A stretch of DNA of 64,000 nt, from contig CM022668.1 in NCBI GenBank assembly GCA_012295275.1, positions 13,392,001 to 13,456,000 of the forward strand, read 5' to 3'. Origin of the DNA: Chrysomallon squamiferum (Eukaryota; Animalia; Mollusca). Shown in pieces: positions 42,096 through 54,365 of this stretch. The position numbers were made by a program, and so were the translations under genes. The notes below the pieces were generated by a model. It ran no database searches. It saw only the letters and a program-made list of their open reading frames with translations, and was not told where the DNA came from. Each line of letters begins with the position of its first letter. Position 1 is the stretch's first letter.

Positions 42096-42409
42096 CAGGT
42101 ATTCCTTATTTAGCGTGGTAACGGTTTTCTCGATAATTTTAATTTCAACCATCATTTTATGTACACGGCAAAAATAATGATTAACTCGCTTTCGAATTTC
42201 CCGCCTGAAAGCTATCGTCAATATCAAGTGACTGGGAGACTACGTCACACGCGTGTCGATGCGGTTGCCATTAGCGACTTTGTGGCAGGCAGATTCAGCC
42301 TCGGTCATTAAATACTGAGAGCGCATGCGTCCACGATAAGCACTTTATAAAAAATTTGTGCCGCTAACGATGTCAACGAAGACGCAACCTATAAAGAGGG
42401 AGGGGGGAA

Positions 42410-42443
<34 letters not shown>

Positions 42444-42520
42444 TAAATAATAAAATAAAATAAAAAAAATATAAAAAAAATTATAATAAAATGAAAATAA
42501 TAAAATAAAATACTACTAAT

Positions 42521-42560
<40 letters not shown>

Positions 42561-42985
42561 AGATAAATAAAAATAGCAAAAATAATAAAAAAATAAAATT
42601 TAAAGGAAAGCAATAACTTTAGAAATTAAACTTGATATAATTAAATGTTTTACAGAACTTGATGGAATGTTTCGTAATTTTGAGTCGTTTAAGTAATTAA
42701 TAATGAATATGGCGCAATTTAAAGAAACGGATTGCATGCAGCCGCAAACTTTATGCCGAAAAAAAATGCTAAAACTATTGAAACTACTCAAATTTTTTAA
42801 AATTTAAAATGGCGTAAAAATTATTAAAACTGTTACTTACATTTAATTATTTTCCTTATATTAAGTATATTTTAGTTAGAATGTAGTCGAATGTAGTTAC
42901 TTATTTATTTATTTTAGTCAATATTCGATCGAGGATCAGTTATAATTTTTACCACGGATTAATCGAATTAATCAAGGGATACCTG
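42096..42985. mobile_element. Tc1/mariner-pogo-like non-autonomous element (~890 bp)
   Basis: Left end CAGGTATTCCTT...CGTGGTAA; right end reverse-complements to CAGGTATCCCTT...CGTGGTAA; flanked by TG and TA; CpG-rich interior 42180-42390. Confidence 0.55.
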
Positions 42986-43430
42986 TATGTTTAGTGGTTT
43001 AATTTTTTTTTTCTTTTTTTTTATCTTAATTTTAAGGAATTTTGAAACAGAACTATATTTTAAAGCTTAAATAAGTAATTTTTTTTTTTTTTAAAAACAG
43101 ATATCTATTTATCTATGGATTAAATAAATAATGAAAATCTTATGAAGTTAAACTTTTTAAATATTTAAATTAAGTCAAAATTTCTTCTTTTTTTTCTATT
43201 TTAAATTCACTGGAAGGTGAACGTAAAATTCATAAATATTTATTTCGTAATTCAGTTTTGTAGTCAATATTTTCTGGTTTCTAGTTTATAAAATTATTTC
43301 ATGCGTAATATTTAGTAAAACGCACACACGCACGCAGTCTGATTTAACTATTATTATTAGGTCTTTGATTTTGTTTTGTTCTGCTTCTTTATAATCAACG
43401 GGTGCCTTATAGATAATAATGACTGTTTTC

Positions 43431-43488
<58 letters not shown>

Positions 43489-43507
43489 TTTATTATAACT
43501 ATTTATT

Positions 43508-43538
<31 letters not shown>

Positions 43539-43552
43539 ACTTTTATTATAAC

Positions 43553-43594
<42 letters not shown>

Positions 43595-44235
43595 TTTATT
43601 ATTTTAATATTATTATTATTATTATTATTATTTTAAATAGATTGACGCGATATTAATTGTTATATTTAAGAAGAGGCAGTTTTACATTTAAAGCCTAGGG
43701 AATCAAAGTTGGTATACTTCTTTTCAGCTTTTAAAATAAAGTGGCTACTGTTATGGAATATTTATTAAGTTTGAAAAAAAACTGTTATATTTATGCATCG
43801 CATATGAATATGAATATATTATTAGCATAATAATAAAATATTTTCAAGTTTTCGTTATCGTTATTTTGTTTTTATCATCAGGGTGTTTTTTTTTTTTTTT
43901 TTTTTTTTTTTTGTCCAAGGTCTTTCATTCTGTAGTTTGTGTGTCATTATGAAAAGGACTAATCCAAAGTTTCTGAAAAAAAGGGTGATGTTCATAAGGA
44001 GAATCTAAATTTCATTGTAGGGTGAGAGGAAGAAGAAAAGTAAAGATATGAAGGTCAGCATCTGTCTACTCTGGATAATAACGAGGTGGTAAACCATTAT
44101 ACGACGCATTCCGCACCTATAAGATTTTTAATTTTAACAATAAAAACCAAAAAAAAAAAAAAAAAACCAAACCCAAAACACATTTAACGATATAAATAAA
44201 TTTAAGATGACAGTTTTTAATTCTCACTCATATGC

Positions 44236-44281
<46 letters not shown>

Positions 44282-44589
44282 GAGAGAGAAAAACTGCAGT
44301 TTCACTGTGGGCACTCTTGCCGATTAATAAGAAACAGGGCAGCACCAACCACGGCGACTGATAAACAGGACTAACAAAGCTATATTTAGAAAGGGCGAAA
44401 CTGGCAATTTGTACTCCTATTTTTCATATGCTAGCAGAAAAGAAGATTTAAAATATTTATCTGACCTTTATAGTGTTGTTTTCCCGTTCCAGCCACTAGT
44501 GGGTAACTGATGCATTAAAGGCTATGATATGTGGATTTGAAATAGGAAAAATTCGTGCTTAAAGATTTTAAAATTGTTAATGGGTCATG

Positions 44590-44810
44590 CAGTCGCGTGC
44601 AGAGGTCTGGTGATGTCCGGGGCCAACTCCTTGATTGTCTGCCCCAAAGACTCAAGTATAAAGACTGAGAAATATTATAAGAAAGGACGATATTTTGAAT
44701 ATGTAAACACAGATGAAACAAAAAATTAAATATAAATCAAACAAATTTATTAAGTTCTTGTTTCTGATTGGATGCCACCCCGGGGCCACCGCCCCTTCTG
44801 CACGCCACTG
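44590..44810. mobile_element. hAT-type MITE (221 bp)
   Basis: TIRs CAGTCGCGTGCAGAGG and (reverse complement) CAGTGGCGTGCAGAAG; 8-bp target duplication GGGTCATG / GGGTAATG (one mismatch). Confidence 0.75.
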
Positions 44811-44843
44811 GGGTAATGGGATCAAATCTATCAGTCATTTTAT

Positions 44844-44898
<55 letters not shown>

Positions 44899-45192
44899 CG
44901 GCTAATATTTAATAATATTTAATTAGGTTGAGAAGTTTTAGCAATACATTTTCGTTCATTCATGTTTATCCAAAAATACAGTCCTTTCTCTAATTGCTCT
45001 TTTTTTCTGACACTGAATTGGCGGGAAGTTTTCAGTTTCACGTGCCATCCGGCGCACGTGCATGTGTCATTTTCTTTATTATTTAACAAAACATTCGTGA
45101 AATTAACAAAACATTCGTTTCATGAAAAAATGTTACAATGGAAGATTTTATTCTAAAACTAAGCGATTCTTATTATTACAATCATTTTATAT

Positions 45193-45223
<31 letters not shown>

Positions 45224-46278
45224 ATGTAAAAACGCACAATTTCGAATTGCTCATCTTTTAAGAAATATTAATTGTTTTATTTTAATATTATTTTGTGTTG
45301 CTTTCTTTCTTCTTCTGTTTCATCATCACCTTCGTATTATTATTGTTATTGCTGTTGTTATTGTTTAATGATACAATTAAAAACACTTTTTTTTAAAGTT
45401 TAATGATTTTTTCCCGCCGTACAGTTTGTTTAATATGAAATAATTATTAGGTATTCTGATTTCAGAACAAATCCGCTAAATCTTTACATTTACATAAAGG
45501 CTGGTTTATGTGTGTGTATTTGTTGGTGGCTGGGTTTGTTTTTGTATGTGTATGTGTTTGTATTAATAAGTTTAGACAAAGAAAACATTCTATGGGCTAT
45601 TCCTACTTATTGGCAGCAGCATACTATATTTTGTGTCTACCCTCCCACAGAGGGAAAAATATCGGTGACTCTGCTCGGGTTGGAATGGGAAATATATATA
45701 ATTCTGTAACTACACCTGCGACTGCACTCTTTTACTACTGCTTATTTTACTTCTACTCTCCCTTCTAATACTACTGCCATAAATAAATAAATAAATAAAT
45801 AAAATAAAATAAATGAAGAAATGAAATGAAATAAATTTCTTTCTGAATAATTTGAATGAACAACAACAACAACAACAACAACAACAAAATAAACAATAAA
45901 AAATTTAAAAAATATATATATTAAAAAAAAAAAATATAAAAAAATATAAAAAATTCTTCCACCATTCAAAACGAAACATTCATTCTCTCATTCAGTGCTT
46001 TAAGAAAATGTTCTTCCAAATCATGTCGTATGTGTCGAACCTTTACGTGGCAAACATTTTCTGTGAGCCGCACGTGCTGGTAACTTTCCTAGCAGACGAG
46101 TATGTTGAGACAGAAAATGATCCGATGTTAATTAAAAGACTAAATAACAGCAGACGCAATCTCTGCGATTGCTGTACATTTTAAATCTTTCATTTCGACC
46201 GTTGGTTTATTTAACGGTGATTTGTTTGCGACTGTTTCCATTTGATTTGAAATCCTATTCTACTTTCACTAACCTGAA

Positions 46279-46913
46279 ATGGAAAGCAGTTCCATTGCTG
46301 AATCACGTACAAAAGCGATGATAAATCTGAGATTTGTTCAAGGAAAATACGAAGAAGTATTTAAATTGTTAACGGTAAGGATATTTTTATTTTATTTCCA
46401 CGTAACCAAAAACTGAACAATCGAATATATAATAAGAATATATTTATTTTATTTCATTTATATAGGGTACCTTTTTCATTTGATTTAAAAAAAAAAAAAA
46501 AAGATTTTGACTACATAATATATATATTTTGTTAGTCAGACTTTATTGTTTTAGTTCATTGTATTAAAATGTTGTACATTGTTATATAAATCTTTATAAA
46601 GTTTTACAGATTATTAATTTGTATCTAAATATTAAACTTTGTATTACATTTGTTAAAAAGTTTGTAAAAGAATCGATCTTAATGTTAAATAATGTTATAT
46701 TTTGTTATTCAAGTGTTAAACTATTTAAATTACTTTTTCGCGCCTACTAAAATAGTCATTTTGTATTAAAGTGTTATACTTAGCATTTTAAATGTTGCAT
46801 TATTAAAGACTGTTTTTATTTATTTATTTATTTATTTATTTATTATTTTTTTTATATATAATATCGTTATTAATTTTAATTTTTTTTTTTTTTTTTGAAT
46901 ATTCATATCATTC

Positions 46914-46957
<44 letters not shown>

Positions 46958-49442
46958 TAATAATTTTGTATTATTGAAGGAAAACACATTTTCGGATAAA
47001 ACTGGACTTCTTGATCTGTGGGATGACGCACATTACAAGGCGTATGAAAATAAATGGGGACGGAAACTAACAGCTCTTATGCGATTTAGAATCCGCAAAA
47101 GGTAATAAATTAATTGTAAAAAAGACATTAGATGACAAATGTATAAGGTGTTCATTTAGCTGAAATTTTGTATAATGAATTGACGAAGCCAATAAACTAT
47201 TAGGAATTACTGTTAATTATTAAATTGCGTGCATTACTATTATTATTTTTTTTTGTATGTGTATACATTTGCGCGCGTCTGCGAAAAAGAGGGAGACAGA
47301 TGTGTGGATAGAGACAGAAAGAGACAGAAAAATGATGATTCAGAATAATTTTAATATCTTAAGCCAAGTGAAAAATTAATTGTCTTCACATATAAGTGAA
47401 TATGATTATACTTGGTGATGAAGGGTCATACGTTGAAAATGATCTAGAGTATTTTTATCGGCAAACTTTTAGATTAAAAATAACTTAATTATCGATACGT
47501 TTCTAGGTTCCTGTATTTATCTAACACGTGACCGGCGTTTATAATTCAAAACAACAATGTATTGTCTTTAAAACATATGCATATTTCTAACTATATATAT
47601 ATATATATTGAGTGGAAAATACCACAATTAAAATACCAACATCAATATTTTATTAAATAATTTATTTGGACTATCCACCGACTTCAAAATATTTGTCAAA
47701 AGGTATTGAGAAAAATATTTTGTTACATAATTTCGTCCAGATATCCAGCACCTCCAAATAATTCTCCAAAAAAAGAAGAAATTAATTAACAAACAATTAA
47801 ACAAATAAATAATAAAATTCAAAAAAAAAAAAGAGAGGAAAATGCGTATGCAGTAATGAAGGAAAAAAAAAAAAAAATACAAATTTTGTAAATAATTTCG
47901 TCCAGATATCCGCCACCTCCGAACGTCTGTCCAAACGGAGTGAGGCCGTCCGCGCGCCTCGGCGAACCAGCGTGTCGTCTGCTCAAGTCGTGGTTCCTGG
48001 AGCACCAGCATCACCCCTACCCTTCGAAGGACGAGAAGGAGAAGCTGTCGACAGTGACGGGCCTCTCCCTGGAGCAGATAAAAACGTGGTTCGCCAACGC
48101 GAGGAGAAGAACGAAGCTGAAAATGACGAGCAGCAGCATCATCAGGAAGAACGAGAAATGGTGAGTACTGAAATTTTTAAGGGATTGTATTTAGGGATTA
48201 TTTTTCTGAATTTTTTTTAAATCAAGAGATGGTTTCCCTTCTAAAAAAAAAAAAAAAAAAGACAGATGTCCCGCGTAAAGCAGACATGTCATTTGATAGA
48301 CAAAAATTCTTTGTTGGGGTCGTGTAAATGTACATCCTGTACACCCCTTGTTCAATAGTGGTACTGCTCCAATCTGTTCAGCAAGCAAGTGAAACATCAG
48401 AGTTGATCAGTTAGCTGACTGATTTATTTCATCACACTATTGTTATATATGGCACCTGTTTAAAGTGTTTTCTTATAATCTATACAAGCAACAGCGAGAG
48501 CCTAACTGCAATCTGGTAAATCCAGTTAACACATCTTTATAAATAAATCCACAAATGAATCAATATAAATAAAACTAACTTCAAAAAATTTTGTTCTGTG
48601 TTTAGTTGTATCATACTTGGGTTTCGTTGCCAGGTAACGACCAGTTTCCACACATGTCATTGCAGCTGTGGTTGCTAAAGACCTCGTTGATGCCATCAGG
48701 TCCTCTGTCCAGCTCTCCGTAGGCACGTTCAACTGAGTGAACTGTCGGCCCGGAAATTACAATTTCTGTTAAGTCGGGTGAAATAACACCTTGAAGACCA
48801 CACACAACGCATTCACCTCCACTCGCGTGATAAGTAAAATGTACGAAAGCAGCCAGAACATTGTCATCAGTGTCGTTAACGACTTCGCCATTTCGACTGA
48901 CAAAAGCTTTAAAATGCTTGTCGATTTTGGCTTCGAACATGACCAAGTCTCCTTCGCTGAGAGAACGATGCCGCCGTTTCACAGCGTGCAGCGATGCAAC
49001 GTCGCACACTTTAGCGAAGAAGGGAAGAAGAACGGTAACTCTCGTCTTCGTGAAACGTTTTTCGTTAAACTGCTTGGCGTGTTGCTGAGCGACTTTGCAC
49101 CTGTTTATTTCAGCGTCCCTTTCGCCGTCTGTCCATTTCCCAGAGCGCTTCACTTTGACGCAGACTTTCTCTGCGTTGAGAGGGCCATCGCCTTGTGCAA
49201 TTCCCACGTACACCTTCTTCCTTGTGCCCTTTCTCCATGAGGAGTCCTCAAAATGCACGCTGTACGCAGCACCATCGTTGTCTGTACTTCTGTAAGTACT
49301 GTTGCACAGGAGACTCATTGCGGTTTCTAAAATGAATCGTTAATACAGTCCCATTGTAACAAACGTTTTCTGTGTTTTTTGTCTCTCTCTGTCTCTGTCT
49401 CTCTCTCTCTCTGTGTCTGTCTCTGTCAGTCTCAGTTTCTCT

Positions 49443-49513
<71 letters not shown>

Positions 49514-51184
49514 TCTGTCTCTCTCACTCTCTCTGTCTCTCTCTGTCTGCCTCTTCAGCATCACTTATATATAGATATATCAGTTGTAATACACTAATTT
49601 AACTATTGACAGGTAAAATATTGCCATTTACTTACATCATCTATTCAAAAAAGATATAAGGTACAATTAACACGAAACGCTACTTTAACATTTTACTTCT
49701 AATAAACGAAATTTAAACAAATTAAATTAAATTAAATTTGAAAAAAATAATAATAATAATAAAAATAAAATGAAAGTAAAAAATGAAGCAAAGTGAAAGA
49801 CAAGATCTTACCTCACACAGAAAAACACTATGAAAGGATTCTGGGTATTGCAGTTTTCAAATGAGTATGTTCTATAAATACATTTCACAAGAAAGATGAC
49901 GTCAACTTGTAGTGGAATCCCTTGATATATATATATACACTATTACACTTCATTGGCAACAATGATACAATAGGCTAATTCTTTTTCAACAGATATCTAA
50001 CACATTCGTATGCTGGGCAGTGAGTTTCCTGTCTAATACTACCTACTGGAATACATTAAAAAATAACTGGGTTAATCTATTCTGTAAATGAATTTTCAAA
50101 GAAATGTGAGTCAACTAATAGGGGAATCCCCTGATGCATATATACACTGGGAAGATTACCCAGCAGGCCACTTCTATGCATAAAGTGTCAACTGTATTGT
50201 AGCATGCTTACAGCATCATTTATAATAAATAAATTCAGAAAAATAATATCTGAATTAAAGCCTGTATTAAGCACCTTAAATCGAAACATTATGACATAAA
50301 TAATTTTAAAAAAAAATAAAGATAATTACACACACACAAAAAAACAACTTTATTTCATACAAACAACAGTGAGAGTCTAATTGCAATCTGGTAAATGCAA
50401 TTAATAAATCTGTAAACAAATTCATAAATAAATCTAATTTTATATGATTTGTTTTTCTGTATTTAGTTGCACTGGACTATTCCATTATTTATGACATCTA
50501 TTATTCAAGGTAAACTGCAGGTCGTTATAAATGCGCTCAACCGTGACGTGTTTGATAGCATCTGAATGTATGGGATGTTGGCTCTTTTGGGAGGTATATA
50601 CCTCAGCGATATATCACGGTTGTAACTAGACTCTTTTTGAAACAAGGGAAATACCTGTTTTTTTGTCTTATGTTTCTTAAGTCAGTTATGTTTTTCATTG
50701 CAACAGTGGTAACCATAGACATAAATGAATTCAAAAATGTTGGTGTCTTGTTTGTAAGGTGTTGGGGTGAGTCTTCTAGTGTTACCTGTACCTAAAACAG
50801 ATTGGGGTGATGTAGATTCGAGAGCTTACGAATTAAAGTGTTAAAATGAATTATCACCTGATTGTAGGCTGTAGAATCAAAACAATAATCTAGTATTGGA
50901 AAACTGTTTTTGAAGTACTTTACTCTTAAAAAAAAAATAAAAATAAAAAAAATAAACCTAAAAAAAAAAATATATATATTTTAATAATAACAAAATAAAA
51001 TAAAAAAACTAACAGTTAAAACAAAAAAAAGAACATTTTACTTATTCTTGAAAAATTATCAACACGGAGAATAACAACAAACTAGAAACGAATTCCTTGC
51101 ATCAAAAAAATAAAAAAATGAAATAAATAAATAAATAAATAAATAAATAGAAAAATAAAATTAATAACAATAATAATAATAATC

Positions 51185-51232
<48 letters not shown>

Positions 51233-52564
51233 TAAAAAAAATGAAAGACAAAAAATTATTTAAAAATTCTATTTCTGTTTTTACTGCAGCAAAGAAAAAG
51301 CGAACGTAGGGAAAATAAAAATAAAAAAGGAGAACGAAACCAACACGCAATGGGCCAACTACACAGACATTTCAGATGATGGAAGAGAGACAGCACCACT
51401 GGAAACAACTTTGGTGGAGCCCAGAATTGAACCTGCACCCCTGGACATGCGGTGTCCTTCGAAAATCACTGAAGTGGAACGAAAGACGGCTTTGGCAAAC
51501 ATGAGGAAAAATTTGCAAAATTCACAACAGTATCAGGAAAGGTTGGTTGTGATACCTGATTGTCAGTGTTAATAATAGATGAATTGATGTGCAGATATGC
51601 TTATAGGTGAATGTTTGTATTAAATAGCAGATATTAATGGTTTATGAAGTATTTGGAAAATGTATTTTTTGTTGTGTCTTTTGTGCTTTCTTTTTAATGT
51701 TAGACATACACACACACACACCCACACATGCATGCACAAATTCACATATATGTAAACACACAAACAATTAAAAAAGATATTCAGCATTTCCAGATTACAT
51801 GTTGACAATCACAAATAACAACAACAACAACAACAACAACAAAAATAGAAATAATAAATAAATAAATAAATAAAAAAATAAATAAAATAAAATAAAAATA
51901 AAATAAAAAATACTTTTTATGTTTATGGAAAATGGGCTACAAAAAAAAAAAAAAACATGCATTTGTACCTAGCACAGTTGAAACATTTTTCACTCACCTT
52001 ACGTAGTATTTATCTATTTCAGCTTTTCACCACAGCAAACACACTACTACAGCAGCCACTATTTGTCCAGTTTAGTAAACTTTGTGAATAACAGCAACAG
52101 CAGCAGCAGCAGCAGCAATACACTGACAGCCACAAATTTTTCCACAGGGAATCATCATTTGCCATATTCTCCATCGTCCAGTAACCCATCACATTTCTTG
52201 AGATCATCCTACAATTGGCACAATCATTCGGACCACAAGATCTGGTTGCCGAGGCAACAACATCCTGTTTCATCATCACATTCTGCTGACAGTTGGCCAG
52301 TGACAGCTGTTGATATGCAGAGAAGTGGTGAGTGTGTGATTCAGGTTGTGAATAAATAGTGTGTTCCATTTTAGAGCTGGTTAAATGCTGGATGTTATTT
52401 TGTTTCTTGTTGAACTTAAGAGACAGAAAAGTACACCTGTAGAGTATTGAGGTGCTTCAGGTGTTTCTGTTTTTTACTTGTTTTGTTTGTTTGTTTTTTT
52501 TTTTTTTTTTTTTTTATATTATTCTTGTGTGTTTTGCTTTGTATTATTTGTTTCATTTATGTAT

Positions 52565-52632
<68 letters not shown>

Positions 52633-53114
52633 TTAATTTATTTATTTATTATTAATTTATTTCTTTACTTGTTTGTTTTGCTTTGATTTATTATTATTAT
52701 TATTTATTGTTTTTTAGAAATTATTATTTTTTTAAATATTTTTTGTCCTTTTTTTGGCATGAAGCTATTTTTGTTTTAACTAACACAGTAAGTAATTCAT
52801 TTTCTGAAATCATGGATAATTTTTCAAGTTCTTTTATGCTAAATGTTGACATACAGGATTTATATTAACAAGGGAGATAACCTCTGAATTGAAATGAATC
52901 AGGATAAGACAAAAATGTATTTTTACATTTTCGTAAAATTATTAAATCTGCACCTAAGTATTATATAACCAAAAAAACACACAACAAAACCCCATCAACA
53001 ACAAAAAAAAAATTAGTAAAGATGTTTGAAGTATTTATTTCTTAGATGAAATTAATATATCAAGTAACAAAATGAAAACTTTACTCTTTTCACAAGCTGC
53101 AAGTATATGAGGCC

Positions 53115-53184
<70 letters not shown>

Positions 53185-54365
53185 CAAGGAAACAAGCCTT
53201 GGAGATAAAAATAAATAATACATATATATATATATATTTTTTTTTAAATTGACTTTCAACAAATATAAACAGATACATCAAATAAACGGAATATTTTATC
53301 AACAGGTGTGTAATATATTTCAGTATTCTATTTCAGAAAGTACACCACCAGTTACATCACCATCATCAATCACCTGTCCGACATCAGACGGTGGACGTCT
53401 GCCACCTCTGTCTCCTCAGATATTCGGCTGGACTCCAGGCTCCAGGGCAGTCTCCACCCCACCACCCAGCCAGTTCATATATTACAACAATCAACCACTG
53501 GTCAGTTCCAGACCACTGTCCACTTCAAGTCCACGACAAGTGCCTAACTACAGTACCTTTAATCTGAGACCGTGTCTACCGGTGAATCAGATATGGCTTC
53601 AGAATTTGTCTCAGTTTCCACATCATTATCCTCTTCCTTATGGAATGGTGACACCAGTCAGGCAGCCATGTTTGGATGCTGCAGTGGTTGATGTTGCACC
53701 AGTAACTTCTGCAGGCTTCTCTGGATACTCTTCTTCGTATGTGATGATGTCAAACAGAGGAGGTGCAGTATTTTATATTGCTGATTGGTGGTTTTGTAAC
53801 ATAATATATATTTTTTTATATATTTCCAGCTAATGACAAGAATTATTTTGGTATTACTTCTGTGGTGAAATACATATTTATACACATCCAAAAATTGTAC
53901 ATCATTTAAATATTCCTTTAGTTGACTTATAAAGTATACTGTTTGCTACTTTTTCTATGGTTTAAATACACTTCCAAATAAGGAAACAAATTATTGTAGT
54001 AGAAATATTTTCCCTGTAATTCCAGTACAAATTATAATAGTAGTAATCTTTTCCCTGTAGTTCCAGTACAAATTATTATAGTAGTAATCTTTTTCCTGTA
54101 GTTCCAGTACAAATTATTACAGTAGTAATCTTTTTCCTGTAGTTTCAGTCTCTCATTTGTTCATCTTCAAATTTCTTTAACTTATGCTGCAGCTTGTAAT
54201 GGTAAATCGGTTGTTTCTACTTCACCTTTGAATGGCTACCAGGGAGATAACTCTAGGTGTTTTGAATCGGGTTGGAGTGTTGTTGCAGATCATCAACATG
54301 ATAACGTCTTTGTTCCTTCAACAGTCAGCAACAGTGTTGAAGAATCAGTTGAGAAAATGAGGTAG
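46279..54365 (+). CDS. Homeobox transcription factor: partial SIX-type domain plus TALE-class homeodomain (ANHX-like / SIX-like), ~550 aa with a long S/P/Q-rich tail
   Basis: Phase-consistent exons 46279-46374 (MESSSIAESRTKAMINLRFVQGKYEEVFKLLT), 46980-47101 (LLDLWDDAHYKAYENKWGRKLTALMRFRIRK), 47906-48160 (YPPPPNVCPNG...LKSWFLEHQHHPYPSKDEKEKLSTVTGLSLEQIKTWFANARRR), 51290-51541, 52023-52327, 53337-53736, 54143-54365. The first six exons are well supported; the 3' end is less certain. Confidence 0.85.
48611..49318 (-). CDS. Alpha-kinase (eEF2K/MHCK/TRPM7 fold) domain-only protein, probable pseudokinase, nested in the homeobox gene intron
   Basis: 235 aa with alpha-kinase landmarks VCVKVK, AQQHAKQFN, MFEAKIDKHF, LAAFVHFTYHASGG, VVCGLQGV, ISGPTVHS, YGELDRGPDGI and zinc ligands HSCNDMC. 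CDS has no intron; putative 5'UTR intron 49327-49811 (GAG|gtaaga ... ttttag|AAACCGCAATG); minus-strand AATAAA at 48423-48428. Confidence 0.9.
   Translation of the reverse strand: MSLLCNSTYRSTDNDGAAYSVHFEDSSWRKGTRKKVYVGIAQGDGPLNAEKVCVKVKRSGKWTDGERDAEINRCKVAQQHAKQFNEKRFTKTRVTVLLPFFAKVCDVASLHAVKRRHRSLSEGDLVMFEAKIDKHFKAFVSRNGEVVNDTDDNVLAAFVHFTYHASGGECVVCGLQGVISPDLTEIVISGPTVHSVERAYGELDRGPDGINEVFSNHSCNDMCGNWSLPGNETQV
49870..50165 (-). promoter_or_regulatory. Putative promoter of the nested alpha-kinase gene with a duplicated STAT / AP-1-CRE / NF-kB motif module
   Basis: TATA-like TATTTATA at ~49873-49880 (minus strand). Module 1: TTCACAAGAA 49884-49893, TGACGTCA 49897-49904, GTGGAATCCC 49912-49921. 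Module 2: TTCAAAGAA 50095-50103, TGAGTCA 50107-50113, GGGGAATCCCC 50121-50131. Confidence 0.55.
53995..54150. repeat. ~41-bp tandem repeat ending at a candidate acceptor
   Basis: gtagtaatctttttcctgtagttccagtacaaattatta, 3-4 copies. Confidence 0.85.

Noticed and set aside
48791-49295. Plus-strand ORFs overlapping the kinase
   Set aside because: Antisense shadows of a GC-richer CDS, with no recognisable motifs.
50470-50800. Second kinase copy next to the duplicated 3'UTR
   Set aside because: The minus-strand frames I translated show no alpha-kinase motifs.
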